DNA of 32,226 bases from IMG/VR virus record IMGVR_UViG_3300037424_000608, positions 1-32,226 of that record. One strand, 5' to 3'. Both the position numbers and the translations under genes were made by a program. The notes under the pieces are model-generated. The model saw only the letters and a program-made list of their open reading frames with translations. It had not been told where the DNA came from and searched no databases. Origin of the DNA: a virus. Its lineage: Duplodnaviria > Caudoviricetes. This document shows positions 1 to 8,842 of the stretch, piece after piece (positions within the stretch are counted from its first letter, which is position 1; every line of letters starts with the position of its first letter).

Positions 1-45
1 ACTCTATGAAATCTTTGTGAACACTGTTAAGGAAATGGGTTGGTA

Positions 46-522
46 ATGTCTGTCCTTATCAGTTACGGCCCTTACTCGCAAGAATACATCCCAAAGGGTG
101 AAGTTCCGCCGTCCGCCCAACCTGTGCCTGTGGGGGAGCCAACATCGGGCACGCGCGTATTGCCTGGGGACACGTTTGTGTATGTGGTCCACGACGACCT
201 GGGCTGGGGGCAAGCGCGAACCCTGGTCAAGCAAACAATCCAGATGACGAACGAATTGTACGCAGCGCGCCGATATTACTACCGGGAAGATACGCACGAT
301 TACCGCGTCGATCCTTACAGCAAGCTCTCCTTCTTCCCAGAAGATTTTCACTACGGATGGGATGTATACTTTTTCTCTGGCATGACTCCCCGGCAACACG
401 AACTATTCAACACAACCGGCTTCGGTTGGCGTGATAGCAAAGCTAACGCGATATTGGCATTTATTGCAAAGATGTTTTCAAAAGCAAAGGAGCTTCTATG
501 GCCGCCCGCCCGCCCGGAGTGA
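46..522 (+). CDS. Hypothetical protein (possibly the N-terminal half of a split gene with 498..1028)
   Basis: ORF in operon direction with ATG at 46. It overlaps the next ORF by 25 nt. Confidence 0.6.
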   Translation: MSVLISYGPYSQEYIPKGEVPPSAQPVPVGEPTSGTRVLPGDTFVYVVHDDLGWGQARTLVKQTIQMTNELYAARRYYYREDTHDYRVDPYSKLSFFPEDFHYGWDVYFFSGMTPRQHELFNTTGFGWRDSKANAILAFIAKMFSKAKELLWPPARPE

Positions 523-1028
523 ATATCTATAACTTGCTACTTACCGGCGGGGCGCTCTTGCGCAAGGTAGGCGAGTGGCGGCAATGGACATTGTTCGAAT
601 GCCAGGACGTTGGTAAACCGCCCGAATGGAGCAACTACCACGACACGCCAGATAGGTGGTATTTGCAAGGGGTATGCGGGCACAACGCGGACAAGGAAAG
701 TTATTATGGCAAAGTCAATCCGAACATCGGCAAGCTTGCCATTCCCACCGCTTGCCCCGGGGGGATAGCGGCGATTGAGACTGAATTTGTCCGTGAATTA
801 CCGGCGTTGCCGTTCAGCACGATATTGGATGGGGTCAAGCCGGTGACGTTCGTGGAGATGTGTATCCAGGGCAGCCAGGTGTTTGGCAAAACTGACGCGG
901 ATGAATGGTTTTCTGTCCTGGAGCAGCGCGGGCATACCGGCGGGCAGCATGATTTTGTACTGCATATCCCGCCGGGCGATTGGGTGCCGGTGTTGCCGGT
1001 GCCGGAAGCGAATTGGCAGAAGGAATAG
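498..1028 (+). CDS. Hypothetical protein
   Basis: 176-aa ORF with AAGGAG (487-492) 5 nt before the ATG. Confidence 0.7.
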   Translation: MAARPPGVNIYNLLLTGGALLRKVGEWRQWTLFECQDVGKPPEWSNYHDTPDRWYLQGVCGHNADKESYYGKVNPNIGKLAIPTACPGGIAAIETEFVRELPALPFSTILDGVKPVTFVEMCIQGSQVFGKTDADEWFSVLEQRGHTGGQHDFVLHIPPGDWVPVLPVPEANWQKE

Positions 1029-1057
1029 CAAGCGGCGAGCGGGGGGCGCTGGGAGAG

Positions 1058-1207
1058 ATGATGAATATATTCAATTGGTTTCTACCCGTTTTCTTGATTA
1101 TTGTCGGCTTGCATTTTTGCGGAGCCGCGTTACACCGTACTGTACTGGTGATCGGCGGGGTGTGTGGCATTATCGCGGCGGCGGTGCTGGTGGTCGGGCT
1201 GGGGTAG
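1058..1207 (+). CDS. Small membrane protein (two hydrophobic segments)
   Basis: GGGAG before ATG 1058. Sequence MMNIFNWFLPVFLIIVGLHFCG...VLVIGGVCGIIAAAVLVVGLG is strongly hydrophobic. Confidence 0.55.
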   Translation: MMNIFNWFLPVFLIIVGLHFCGAALHRTVLVIGGVCGIIAAAVLVVGLG

Positions 1208-1208
1208 G

Positions 1209-1328
1209 ATGAAACATTACGCTTCGAACCCGCGCCAAATCACACAAAAACAACTTACGCGGCTACGGGATAAGCTCGCGCGTTTAGGTGACTTATCTGG
1301 CGTGGTCCACAGCGAGAGAATGATATGA
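1209..1328 (+). pseudogene. Truncated ParB/Srx-like N-terminal fragment (39 aa), not in ORF track
   Basis: Hand translation gives MKHYASNPRQITQKQLTRLRDKLARLGDLSGVVHSERMI*. It has the ParB NPR-x-I...L...L...G pattern but ends before the GxxR motif. Its TGA overlaps the HNH ATG (ATGA). Confidence 0.55.
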
Positions 1329-1912
1329 GTCAATGGCGTACATTCATTTGTGTTGTCTGCGGCAAAGATTTTATGAGTGACAAATTGCGCAAAAATCGAA
1401 CGCCTAAATATTGCTCAATGAAATGTTCTGCTGCCGCTCCTAGAAGTTTGGAAACCAGGGCTAAGCAAAGCGCAGCTAAAATAGGAAAGGCATCTTGGAA
1501 CAAGGGTGTTCCTATGTGGCAGGATAGAGAGCATCCACGTGGAACATTGGGAATGAAGTTTCCAAATAAACCACCCGTCACAGATGAAACAAGAGAAAGG
1601 CTATCCAAGTCTCGCGTTGGTCTAAAGTATCCAACCATATCTAGTGGTAATCATTGGAATTGGAAGGGTGGCAAAACGGAAGGACGTTCAAAATTCAAGC
1701 AATCTGCTGAATATAAGGCGTGGAGAAAGGCCGTTTTCGAGCGAGATAACTATACTTGTCAGCATTGCAGAGTACGCGGCGGATGTCTTCAAGCGCATCA
1801 TGTCAAATCATATGCTGCGTATCCAGAATTGCGAACCGAAGTCTCTAACGGTTTGACGCTTTGTAAAGAGTGCCATAAGAAAACCGATACATATGGGGTA
1901 AGTCAATCATGA
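1325..1912 (+). CDS. HNH homing endonuclease with NUMOD3-like DNA-binding repeats
   Basis: N-terminal CxxC...CSxxC. Repeats SLETRAKQS and TDETRERLSKS, then NWKGG. C-terminal WRKAVFERDNYTCQHC...AHH...NGLTLCKECH. Confidence 0.9.
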   Translation: MSQWRTFICVVCGKDFMSDKLRKNRTPKYCSMKCSAAAPRSLETRAKQSAAKIGKASWNKGVPMWQDREHPRGTLGMKFPNKPPVTDETRERLSKSRVGLKYPTISSGNHWNWKGGKTEGRSKFKQSAEYKAWRKAVFERDNYTCQHCRVRGGCLQAHHVKSYAAYPELRTEVSNGLTLCKECHKKTDTYGVSQS

Positions 1913-3327
1913 AGTTAAGTAAGATTGCATGGGAAGATTGCAAGGTAATGCTTGGCAACTTGAAAGAATGGCCGGATAATCCTGCGCTTATTAGTGAAAA
2001 AGAGGCTGAACGGCTAATGGATAGCTATCAATCTTTTGGGCAGGCACATGTCTTTTTGATTGATCCGCAGAACACGATTATTGACGGCCACCAGCGCAAA
2101 AACGTCTGGATACGCAAGTTAGGCGCTGACTTTGTCGTGGATTGCCGCCGCGCATCCCGGAAGCTGACTGATGCCGAGCGGCGCAAGATTGCGGTATATC
2201 TGCGATCAGGCGCAGTTGGTCATTACGATTGGGATAAGTTGGCAAACTGGGACGGCTTTGAGTTGTCATCGTGGGGGTTTGATACAGATTTACTCAAGAC
2301 GTGGAGGTTTGACATCGCCGCACTGGATAATTATTTGAAGAGCGAACAGGAGCCAACAGAAGAGGAAGCGCGTAAGACACTTGCAGAGCGTTTCGGAGTG
2401 CCGCCGTTTTCGGTGCTGGATGCAAGGCAGGGATACTGGCAGGCGCGAAAAGCCGCGTGGATTGGTTTAGGAATTGAAGGAGAGGTCGGGCGAGTTGTTG
2501 AGGCCGACGAAGACGAACATAAATGGAATAGCGGAACTCTAAAATTCTCTCAAGCCTGCGCGATTCCAAAAGGCGGCAGACCCCCGGAAGAAGACACAAA
2601 CATTAGCACGTTTGACCCCGTTCTTTGTGAGTTGGCCTATCGTTGGTTCTGTCCGCCGCTTGGGGTAATCCTTGACCCTTTCGCGGGCGGCTCGGTGCGC
2701 GGCATCATTGCAACTTATTTAGCTTATCACTATATTGGGATTGACTTACGTCATGAGCAAATAGAAGCAAATGAGAAACAGGCAAAAGAGATTATTCCTG
2801 ACCGCTTACCTGTATGGATGGAAGGCGATAGCCGGAATTTATCAACTATGTTAAATACTCAATTTGATTTTATCTTTTCTTGCCCGCCTTATTTTGACTT
2901 AGAGGTATACAGCGATGATAAGAAAGATTTGAGCAATACAGGTGATTATGCCGCATTTCTGAAAGACTATCGGGATATTATTTCTCAATGTGTAGGGCTG
3001 TTGAGAGAAAATCGCTTTGCCTGTTTTGTAGTCGGTGACATTCGAGACAAGAAAGGATTTTATCGAAACTTCCCCGCCGATACCATAGCGGCATTTCAAG
3101 ACGCGGGGGCAATCCTATACAACGAAGCGATTTTAGTAACTGCGGTTGGCTCTCTTCCAATTCGTATTGGCAAGCAATTCCAGGGATACCGCAAACTAGG
3201 CAAGACACATCAAAACGTATTGGTATTCTACAAGGGCAATCCGAAGGCAATAAAGGAATTTGGTGAGATTGACATATCGCTTGAACCCGATACATTACCC
3301 GCTCTCGAAATCAAGCGGATTGAATAA
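1909..3327 (+). CDS. ParB-like domain fused to amino (N4C/N6A) DNA methyltransferase
   Basis: N-terminal DNP...IIDGHQR (ParB/Srx). SAM-binding motif ILDPFAGGSVRG followed by catalytic-type FSCPPYF. Confidence 0.85.
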   Translation: MKLSKIAWEDCKVMLGNLKEWPDNPALISEKEAERLMDSYQSFGQAHVFLIDPQNTIIDGHQRKNVWIRKLGADFVVDCRRASRKLTDAERRKIAVYLRSGAVGHYDWDKLANWDGFELSSWGFDTDLLKTWRFDIAALDNYLKSEQEPTEEEARKTLAERFGVPPFSVLDARQGYWQARKAAWIGLGIEGEVGRVVEADEDEHKWNSGTLKFSQACAIPKGGRPPEEDTNISTFDPVLCELAYRWFCPPLGVILDPFAGGSVRGIIATYLAYHYIGIDLRHEQIEANEKQAKEIIPDRLPVWMEGDSRNLSTMLNTQFDFIFSCPPYFDLEVYSDDKKDLSNTGDYAAFLKDYRDIISQCVGLLRENRFACFVVGDIRDKKGFYRNFPADTIAAFQDAGAILYNEAILVTAVGSLPIRIGKQFQGYRKLGKTHQNVLVFYKGNPKAIKEFGEIDISLEPDTLPALEIKRIE

Positions 3328-3347
3328 TTGACAATATTGAGGACTCA

Positions 3348-3743
3348 GTGGCGAACAAAGACCAGTACACAGCGAAAGACTTTATAGACGCGATTCCACA
3401 CACAGGCGGCGTCATTACGCTTATCGCGCAAAAAGTCGGGTGTAGCTGGAATACTGCGAAGAAGTACATCGAAGGACACGTGACCGTCAAACAGGCATAC
3501 GACGATGAAGTGGAGAGCATCTTAGATTTAGGTGAAGCTAAATTGTTTGAAGCTGTGAAGGGTGGCGAATTCCAGGCAATTAAATATCTATTATCAACGC
3601 GTGGCAAGAAACGCGGATATGTGGAGCGGATTGAACGAGATGATAGAACCATAGATTTATCCAATCTAACTGACGAACAAATAGAACGCTTATCGAAAGG
3701 CGAGGATCTATATGCAGTCCTTGCAAATCCAGGTACAAGCTGA
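3348..3743 (+). CDS. terS: Terminase small subunit (HTH)
   Basis: HTH-like IAQKVGCSWNTAKKY and AIKYLLSTRGKKRGY. Lies immediately upstream of and overlaps terL. GAGG before the GTG start. Confidence 0.75.
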   Translation: MANKDQYTAKDFIDAIPHTGGVITLIAQKVGCSWNTAKKYIEGHVTVKQAYDDEVESILDLGEAKLFEAVKGGEFQAIKYLLSTRGKKRGYVERIERDDRTIDLSNLTDEQIERLSKGEDLYAVLANPGTS

Positions 3744-5202
3744 GAAAGAGCGCCGCCTAAGATTACGGAGCGGCAGACAAGATAAATACAGTACCTTTAA
3801 AACTAAATACTGGAATGATTTAGACGGATTTGCGCGGGATTGCATTGATTGGGGCAAGCACGAACTGAGTGAGTACCAGGCTGAGGGAATGCGCTTATTG
3901 GTCAAACATAGGCGTTTATCTCTCAGGGGTCCGCATGGCTTGGGCAAGACGGCATTTGCTGCTATTGTAGTTCTATGGTTTGCGCTGACCCGTGACGGCA
4001 AAGACTGGAAAATACCTACGCTCGCTTCGAGTTGGCGGCAGGTAGAGCGTTACCTTTGGCCTGAAATCCACAAATGGTCAAAGCGTGTTAAGTGGGATTT
4101 GGTAGGCCGTCCGCCACTAGATAGAAATCGGGAATTGTTGGCGCTCAATTTGAAGCTCTCTACTGGTGCAGGCTTTGCAATGGCAAGTAACGATGAAGCG
4201 TTGATTGAAGGGGCGCACGGGGACCACATCCTATATCTCTTTGATGAGAGCAAGGCTGTACCCGATGAAACGTGGGACGCTGCTGAGGGTGCAATGTCTA
4301 CGGGTGATTGTTACTGGTTGGCTGTTTCTACCCCGGGCGCTCCGGTTGGCCGTTTTTACCAAATCCAAAGCAGGAAGGCGGGATATGAAGATTGGTATGC
4401 TTTCCACGTGACTTTGGATATGGCAATTGCAGCGGGGCGTATCGATGCGAAGTGGGCGGTGAACCGGAGGCGGCAATGGGGCGAAAAATCGGCAGTATAT
4501 CAAAATCGCGTACTTGGCAACTTTGCCGCATCAGACGAAGATGCAGTTATCCCCCTGGCCTGGTTGGAACGCAGCAACGAACGCTGGCTAGCAAGACGAG
4601 ATTTGGATGATTGGGGGCGCTTCTTCGGGGTTGGGGTGGACATCGGGCGCGGTGGCGATCCTTCCGTAATTGCTCACAGATATGACCACGCAACGCGCAA
4701 TCGGGCGATCGCGAAATTAGAGCACTTTCATGAGGCTGATATTATGCCGGTAACAGGTAGGGTATCGAACATCCTGCGCTCGAATTACAATTCTAAAGCG
4801 GTGGTAGACGTGACTGGGATTGGCGCGGGTACAGTAGACCGCTTGCGAGAGCAGGATGATATAGCAGATAAGGTCTATGCCTTTATTGCTGGTGGCAAGG
4901 TTGCCAAGAAAGACGAAAGCGGCGAGCTTGGATTTGCAGATATGCGCTCGGCTGGGTATTGGGAAGTGCGTGAATTACTTGCTGCGGATACGATAGATTT
5001 ACCACCTGATGATAATCTGACCGGCGATCTAACTACACCAAAATACACTTACAAATCCGGTGGAGTCATTCAAGTAGAAAAGAAAGAAGATATAAAAAAA
5101 AGGCTAGGCCGTTCAACAGATGACGGTGACGCGGTAATCATGATTTTCATGGATAAGTACGCCGAAGAGAGTCAAGGCGTCTGGCAATACAAATATGCAT
5201 AG
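3712..5202 (+). CDS. terL: Terminase large subunit
   Basis: Walker A GPHGLGKT, Walker B LYLFDES, motif III AVSTP, RNase H-like nuclease GVGVDIGRGGD ... STDDGDAV. Confidence 0.95.
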   Translation: MQSLQIQVQAEKERRLRLRSGRQDKYSTFKTKYWNDLDGFARDCIDWGKHELSEYQAEGMRLLVKHRRLSLRGPHGLGKTAFAAIVVLWFALTRDGKDWKIPTLASSWRQVERYLWPEIHKWSKRVKWDLVGRPPLDRNRELLALNLKLSTGAGFAMASNDEALIEGAHGDHILYLFDESKAVPDETWDAAEGAMSTGDCYWLAVSTPGAPVGRFYQIQSRKAGYEDWYAFHVTLDMAIAAGRIDAKWAVNRRRQWGEKSAVYQNRVLGNFAASDEDAVIPLAWLERSNERWLARRDLDDWGRFFGVGVDIGRGGDPSVIAHRYDHATRNRAIAKLEHFHEADIMPVTGRVSNILRSNYNSKAVVDVTGIGAGTVDRLREQDDIADKVYAFIAGGKVAKKDESGELGFADMRSAGYWEVRELLAADTIDLPPDDNLTGDLTTPKYTYKSGGVIQVEKKEDIKKRLGRSTDDGDAVIMIFMDKYAEESQGVWQYKYA

Positions 5203-5215
5203 GAAAAGGTGAATC

Positions 5216-5425
5216 GTGTCTAAATATGATTTGGCTAATGTTCAGCAATTTTGCGAATGTGATTCATTCGGATGTTCTCTTTCAATTATGATCCCGGCTA
5301 CGAAAGCAGAAGAGATAAGAAGGGCGGGGCAAATTATCATCGTTGATGGGTGTGAATATGGCGCGGGGTATTATTTTAATTTCATCAAGCAGGAACAGGG
5401 TTATAAAGTTTTTGAGGAATCCTAA
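5216..5425 (+). CDS. Small Cys-containing hypothetical protein
   Basis: AAGG before GTG, CECDSFGC motif, TAATG overlap with the next gene. Confidence 0.6.
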   Translation: MSKYDLANVQQFCECDSFGCSLSIMIPATKAEEIRRAGQIIIVDGCEYGAGYYFNFIKQEQGYKVFEES

Positions 5426-6495
5426 TGCAATGCCCAAACTGTAATAGTTGGAACATCAAACACGCCGGCATTCACTTCCGTTGCCAGCAATGCCACCATT
5501 CCTGGTACATCTCACGAGAATCATTGAAGATGCCAATATACCGTGCGCCTGTTTATATTCCGCGTAGAAACACGGGTATTTTTTATTGCCAGAACCATCA
5601 AGGCAAGGCTAACGCCTATGTCAAGGCGCTGGAAGTGGCGGGATACACAGCCACAGACAAGCCGGAAGACGCACTCTTCATGCTCACGGATAGCGACATA
5701 TCAGGCAGACTAGGACAGATATACCGCTTTCATCGTCATAGTAAGGGCGGGCGCGTGTTCCTGTACCCACACACAGCCACCCCCATGTGGCTGTGGGACG
5801 GTATCTATGTCCCTTCCCCGTTTGTGTCTGCGGTGTTCGGCATCGGGGAAGGGGGCGCAAAAGTACCAATGCTCTATGGCTATGACAAGCCAATTCACCC
5901 AGTAGGCTGGACATATACCAGGATACGCAAGTTCAAGGCAAAGAAACGACCACGAAAGGTATTGTTTGCGCCTATTCATGCTAATGGCAATGGTTATCTG
6001 TCGCCTGAACAGTTGGACACAAACGCGCGCGCGTTTTCTCGCTTGCTCGGATTGGTACGGAGTGACCAAATAGATTTGACTGTCCGTTACCTGCATAAGC
6101 TGGAATGGAACGGCATAGAACGTGTACAGGGTGTAAAATATGTACAAGGCAAGCCAGATCAATCCGTTGCCGAGATTAACGCGGCTGATGTGGTTGTGAG
6201 TAAGCAAAACATGCAGTATATGTCTGTGGCGCGCGGTGTGCCAACAGTTGGCATGGATGAAGATTTACCGCCAATGACGGCAACCAGCTTGAAGAATACA
6301 TATAAGGTCGTGTCGTGGGAGCGGTACAGGGATTACATGAAATTCCCGATTGATATTTTCGAGAGTGACAACACGATGGAAATCTTGTGTAACGCGGCCG
6401 CCTGTGATGAACGGATTGCAACGTGGCGCGAGCAGTTCATCGGGAAGCCGTTTGATGCGAGTAAGTTTGTGGAGATATTGGAGGGTTATTTATAA
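5425..6495 (+). CDS. GT-B-fold glycosyltransferase-like protein with N-terminal Zn ribbon (copy A)
   Basis: N-terminal CPNC...CQQC. Motifs FLYPH, KVLFAPIH and ADVVVS...SVARGVPTVGMD resemble the C-terminal Rossmann motif of capsule/CDP-glycerol/sialyl-type GT-B enzymes. Confidence 0.6.
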   Translation: MQCPNCNSWNIKHAGIHFRCQQCHHSWYISRESLKMPIYRAPVYIPRRNTGIFYCQNHQGKANAYVKALEVAGYTATDKPEDALFMLTDSDISGRLGQIYRFHRHSKGGRVFLYPHTATPMWLWDGIYVPSPFVSAVFGIGEGGAKVPMLYGYDKPIHPVGWTYTRIRKFKAKKRPRKVLFAPIHANGNGYLSPEQLDTNARAFSRLLGLVRSDQIDLTVRYLHKLEWNGIERVQGVKYVQGKPDQSVAEINAADVVVSKQNMQYMSVARGVPTVGMDEDLPPMTATSLKNTYKVVSWERYRDYMKFPIDIFESDNTMEILCNAAACDERIATWREQFIGKPFDASKFVEILEGYL

Positions 6496-6680
6496 TGGGA
6501 ATTGAAGGGTACATTATTCTAACTTTGATTGTTCTGGTTGTTGTTCTATTGCTTTTGTCTGACCGTGTGCCGAAGCAGGGTGAAGATGATCCTGACGAAA
6601 AACGTCGCTTGCTGGGCAGTAGCCTGGATGATATTGGGCGGGAAAACATGCGTAATTTGAAGGGCGATAATACAAAATGA
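6495..6680 (+). CDS. Small single-TM membrane protein
   Basis: GAGG RBS and TAATG overlap. Hydrophobic N-terminus YIILTLIVLVVVLLLL followed by a charged tail. Confidence 0.65.
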   Translation: MGIEGYIILTLIVLVVVLLLLSDRVPKQGEDDPDEKRRLLGSSLDDIGRENMRNLKGDNTK

Positions 6681-6898
6681 AAACGGCAACTGTTCAATAC
6701 AAATGCAGGCGCTGCGGTGCGCTTTTCGATAGCGTATCCGCTGACAAACCAACGATAAAGACCGCGCTTCTCAAGGCGGTCCTTGATAATGTCTTCAAGA
6801 AGGGGCTTTCAAAGGGTACTCCCGCTATGCTTACTATTCATGCTTGCAACGATGGCGGGGAAGGTGTAGCCGATTTGGTTGGATTTCGGGAAGATTAG
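6677..6898 (+). CDS. Small putative Zn-binding protein
   Basis: ATGA overlap. CRRC ... HAC ligand set. Confidence 0.65.
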   Translation: MKTATVQYKCRRCGALFDSVSADKPTIKTALLKAVLDNVFKKGLSKGTPAMLTIHACNDGGEGVADLVGFRED

Positions 6899-6902
6899 GA
6901 AA

Positions 6903-7712
6903 ATGAATATTCGACCTGATGACCCCATTGCTATCCAAGCACATCACAACCGCTTTCACTCTGGACGGGCATTGGTCATCCTGGGCGGTCCTTCTGCCGG
7001 AGCCGGCAACTGGGAGCGACTGCGTGATGAATTGAAACCAGACGTATTGTTGACTTGCAATGGCGCCACAAGCATTCCAGGCGTGGAATACTGGTTATTG
7101 GCTGAGAATATGTCACGGGCTGCGGGCTATGCGGAGCATGGCATAGAGCGCGATAAGAAATTTATGCGTATGATTACCGATCCTAATACTGCAAGATTCA
7201 AGCTGGTAAGTCATCATAGCTGGCACTTACTAGACCGTTTCGGGGTAGATAAATCGAATTGCGTTTGCATCCGGCGCGTAGGTTGGGAAATGCTAAAAGA
7301 TGATTTCACTTTACGCGAATACGGGGAAGGCTTCTTTTACGGTCCGCTCTTCAGCCGGCGGGGCGCGGTGGGGCGGCGTGTTCAGTTCCATGTTGGCACG
7401 GTTGCCCTTCACCTTATCCACTTGGCAGGGATACTCGGATGCAATGAAGTTCACACAATCGGCTATGACTTGTGTTTTCCAAACGGGAGAAGCGGGAAAC
7501 ATCATTGGTATGAGTACCCCCATTATGAACCTGATAAATTCCGTACCGAACAGATGTTTACTCGCTGGAATGGATTAGAAACACAATGGGACTGGATCGA
7601 AGCGGCGCAATTTATTTCACAGATCGAGTATCAATTCGAGCGCGATAAGTTGCAATGGGTTGACCATAGCGGCGGGCTGTTGTCGGCTATGAGTGTCTGG
7701 TGCGCAAAATGA
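6903..7712 (+). CDS. Maf/DUF115 (CstII-like GT-A variant, sialyltransferase-like) protein, copy A
   Basis: RALVILGGPS (compare GNGPS), LTCNG, GTVALHLIHLAGILGCNEVHTIGYDL (compare A..LG.KEIYL.G.D), then HHWY. AGGA RBS before ATG 6903. Confidence 0.7.
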   Translation: MNIRPDDPIAIQAHHNRFHSGRALVILGGPSAGAGNWERLRDELKPDVLLTCNGATSIPGVEYWLLAENMSRAAGYAEHGIERDKKFMRMITDPNTARFKLVSHHSWHLLDRFGVDKSNCVCIRRVGWEMLKDDFTLREYGEGFFYGPLFSRRGAVGRRVQFHVGTVALHLIHLAGILGCNEVHTIGYDLCFPNGRSGKHHWYEYPHYEPDKFRTEQMFTRWNGLETQWDWIEAAQFISQIEYQFERDKLQWVDHSGGLLSAMSVWCAK

Positions 7713-7918
7713 GAATCGTTATTTTTTGGCCCTGGCTGAAATGTGAATGCGGTCACAGATATTTCAGGCACAAGAAACATGGAACTGACTGCAAACTCTG
7801 CGATTGCGACCTTTTCACTGAGGAGAAAACTTGGAGAAAATTTATTGTTTCTGAGAGTGAAAGGCAAGAACGGAACAAATATATGATAAAGGCGGATGGA
7901 GTGCGGTGCTCGGCATGA
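7709..7918 (+). CDS. Small Cys/His-rich putative Zn-binding protein
   Basis: ATGA overlaps at both ends. Motif CECGH...H...CKLCDC. Confidence 0.6.
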   Translation: MRIVIFWPWLKCECGHRYFRHKKHGTDCKLCDCDLFTEEKTWRKFIVSESERQERNKYMIKADGVRCSA

Positions 7919-8814
7919 AAAAATTCATGATATTCCAGCGCATGGACACCGCGAACGTCTACATCAAAGCCTTACTTGATGCTGGTTATGAGCGGGTTTA
8001 CGAAGACCCCAATGCCGATTTCTTCCTGTATGACAGCCCCAGTGTTGGAAAAAGACTTGAAGCCAAAGCTAAATTGATGGAGAGAATGCCCGGTTTCATT
8101 TATCCCCACAACGCGCGCAGTTATCCTATTTTCGATGGGCTATACGAAGCCCTTCCGGCTTCCTGCAATTTTGTTATGGGGCCGCTTGCTAAAGAGTGCA
8201 TGATGAGATATGGGTATAAGTATCGCGTTGAATATGTCGGATTTCCCTATTTCAAAATAAGACCATTTGTACCCAGCAACAGAACGAGACTCCTTTTTGT
8301 TCCAATTCGCCCATTTGCGGGATATGAACTTTACCGGGCGTCTAATGATTTTGCGCTTGATTTTATTCTCGGACACAGGGAATATTTTGAACAGATAAAA
8401 ATATGCAAAAGTGAAGGCCAATATGACGATCTTGTATCCAATGGAAACATTGAAGTTGTTACAACTCACCCAAAGGAATCGTCAGCCCCGATTATGGACA
8501 TGGTTGGGAAAATAGAAGAAGTGGACATTGTCGTCTCTGCGGCGAGCACCGCAATCATTGCGATGGCCTGTGGAAAAGGCGTTGTCATGTACGGCCAAAG
8601 AGTTTACGACAAGCCGGGGCGCTGGACTCCCATCCACATGAGTCTGTACCAGGATATTTATTCTTTTCCTTTTGAACTGGAGAACATGAGCATCGATGAT
8701 GTTTTAGAGACTGCTAGAAAAAGAGACTGCGAAATAGAGCACTGGATTCGCGGACATCTCGGCGGCAACTTCGACACTGGAAAGTTTTTGTCAGTCATTG
8801 GAGAGTATGTATGA
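7915..8814 (+). CDS. GT-B-fold glycosyltransferase-like protein (copy B, paralog of 5425..6495)
   Basis: Matching segments B versus A: ANVYIKALLDAGY/ANAYVKALEVAGY, FIYPH/FLYPH, YGYKY/YGYDK, LLFVPI/VLFAPI, DIVVS/DVVVS, FDTGKFLSVIGEYV/FDASKFVEILEGYL. Confidence 0.6.
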   Translation: MKKFMIFQRMDTANVYIKALLDAGYERVYEDPNADFFLYDSPSVGKRLEAKAKLMERMPGFIYPHNARSYPIFDGLYEALPASCNFVMGPLAKECMMRYGYKYRVEYVGFPYFKIRPFVPSNRTRLLFVPIRPFAGYELYRASNDFALDFILGHREYFEQIKICKSEGQYDDLVSNGNIEVVTTHPKESSAPIMDMVGKIEEVDIVVSAASTAIIAMACGKGVVMYGQRVYDKPGRWTPIHMSLYQDIYSFPFELENMSIDDVLETARKRDCEIEHWIRGHLGGNFDTGKFLSVIGEYV

Positions 8815-8842
8815 TTTCCGCTCAATATCAAGGTAATTGAAA

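Noticed and set aside
1209-1912. Group I intron carrying the HNH gene within a ParB gene
   Set aside because: There is no non-coding space for a ribozyme core (ATGA overlaps at both HNH ends), and the downstream gene has its own complete ParB N-terminus rather than a second exon.
3328-3333. TTGACA before terS (and another at 20691-20696) as sigma70 -35 boxes
   Set aside because: Neither has a credible -10 hexamer at 16-18 nt spacing.
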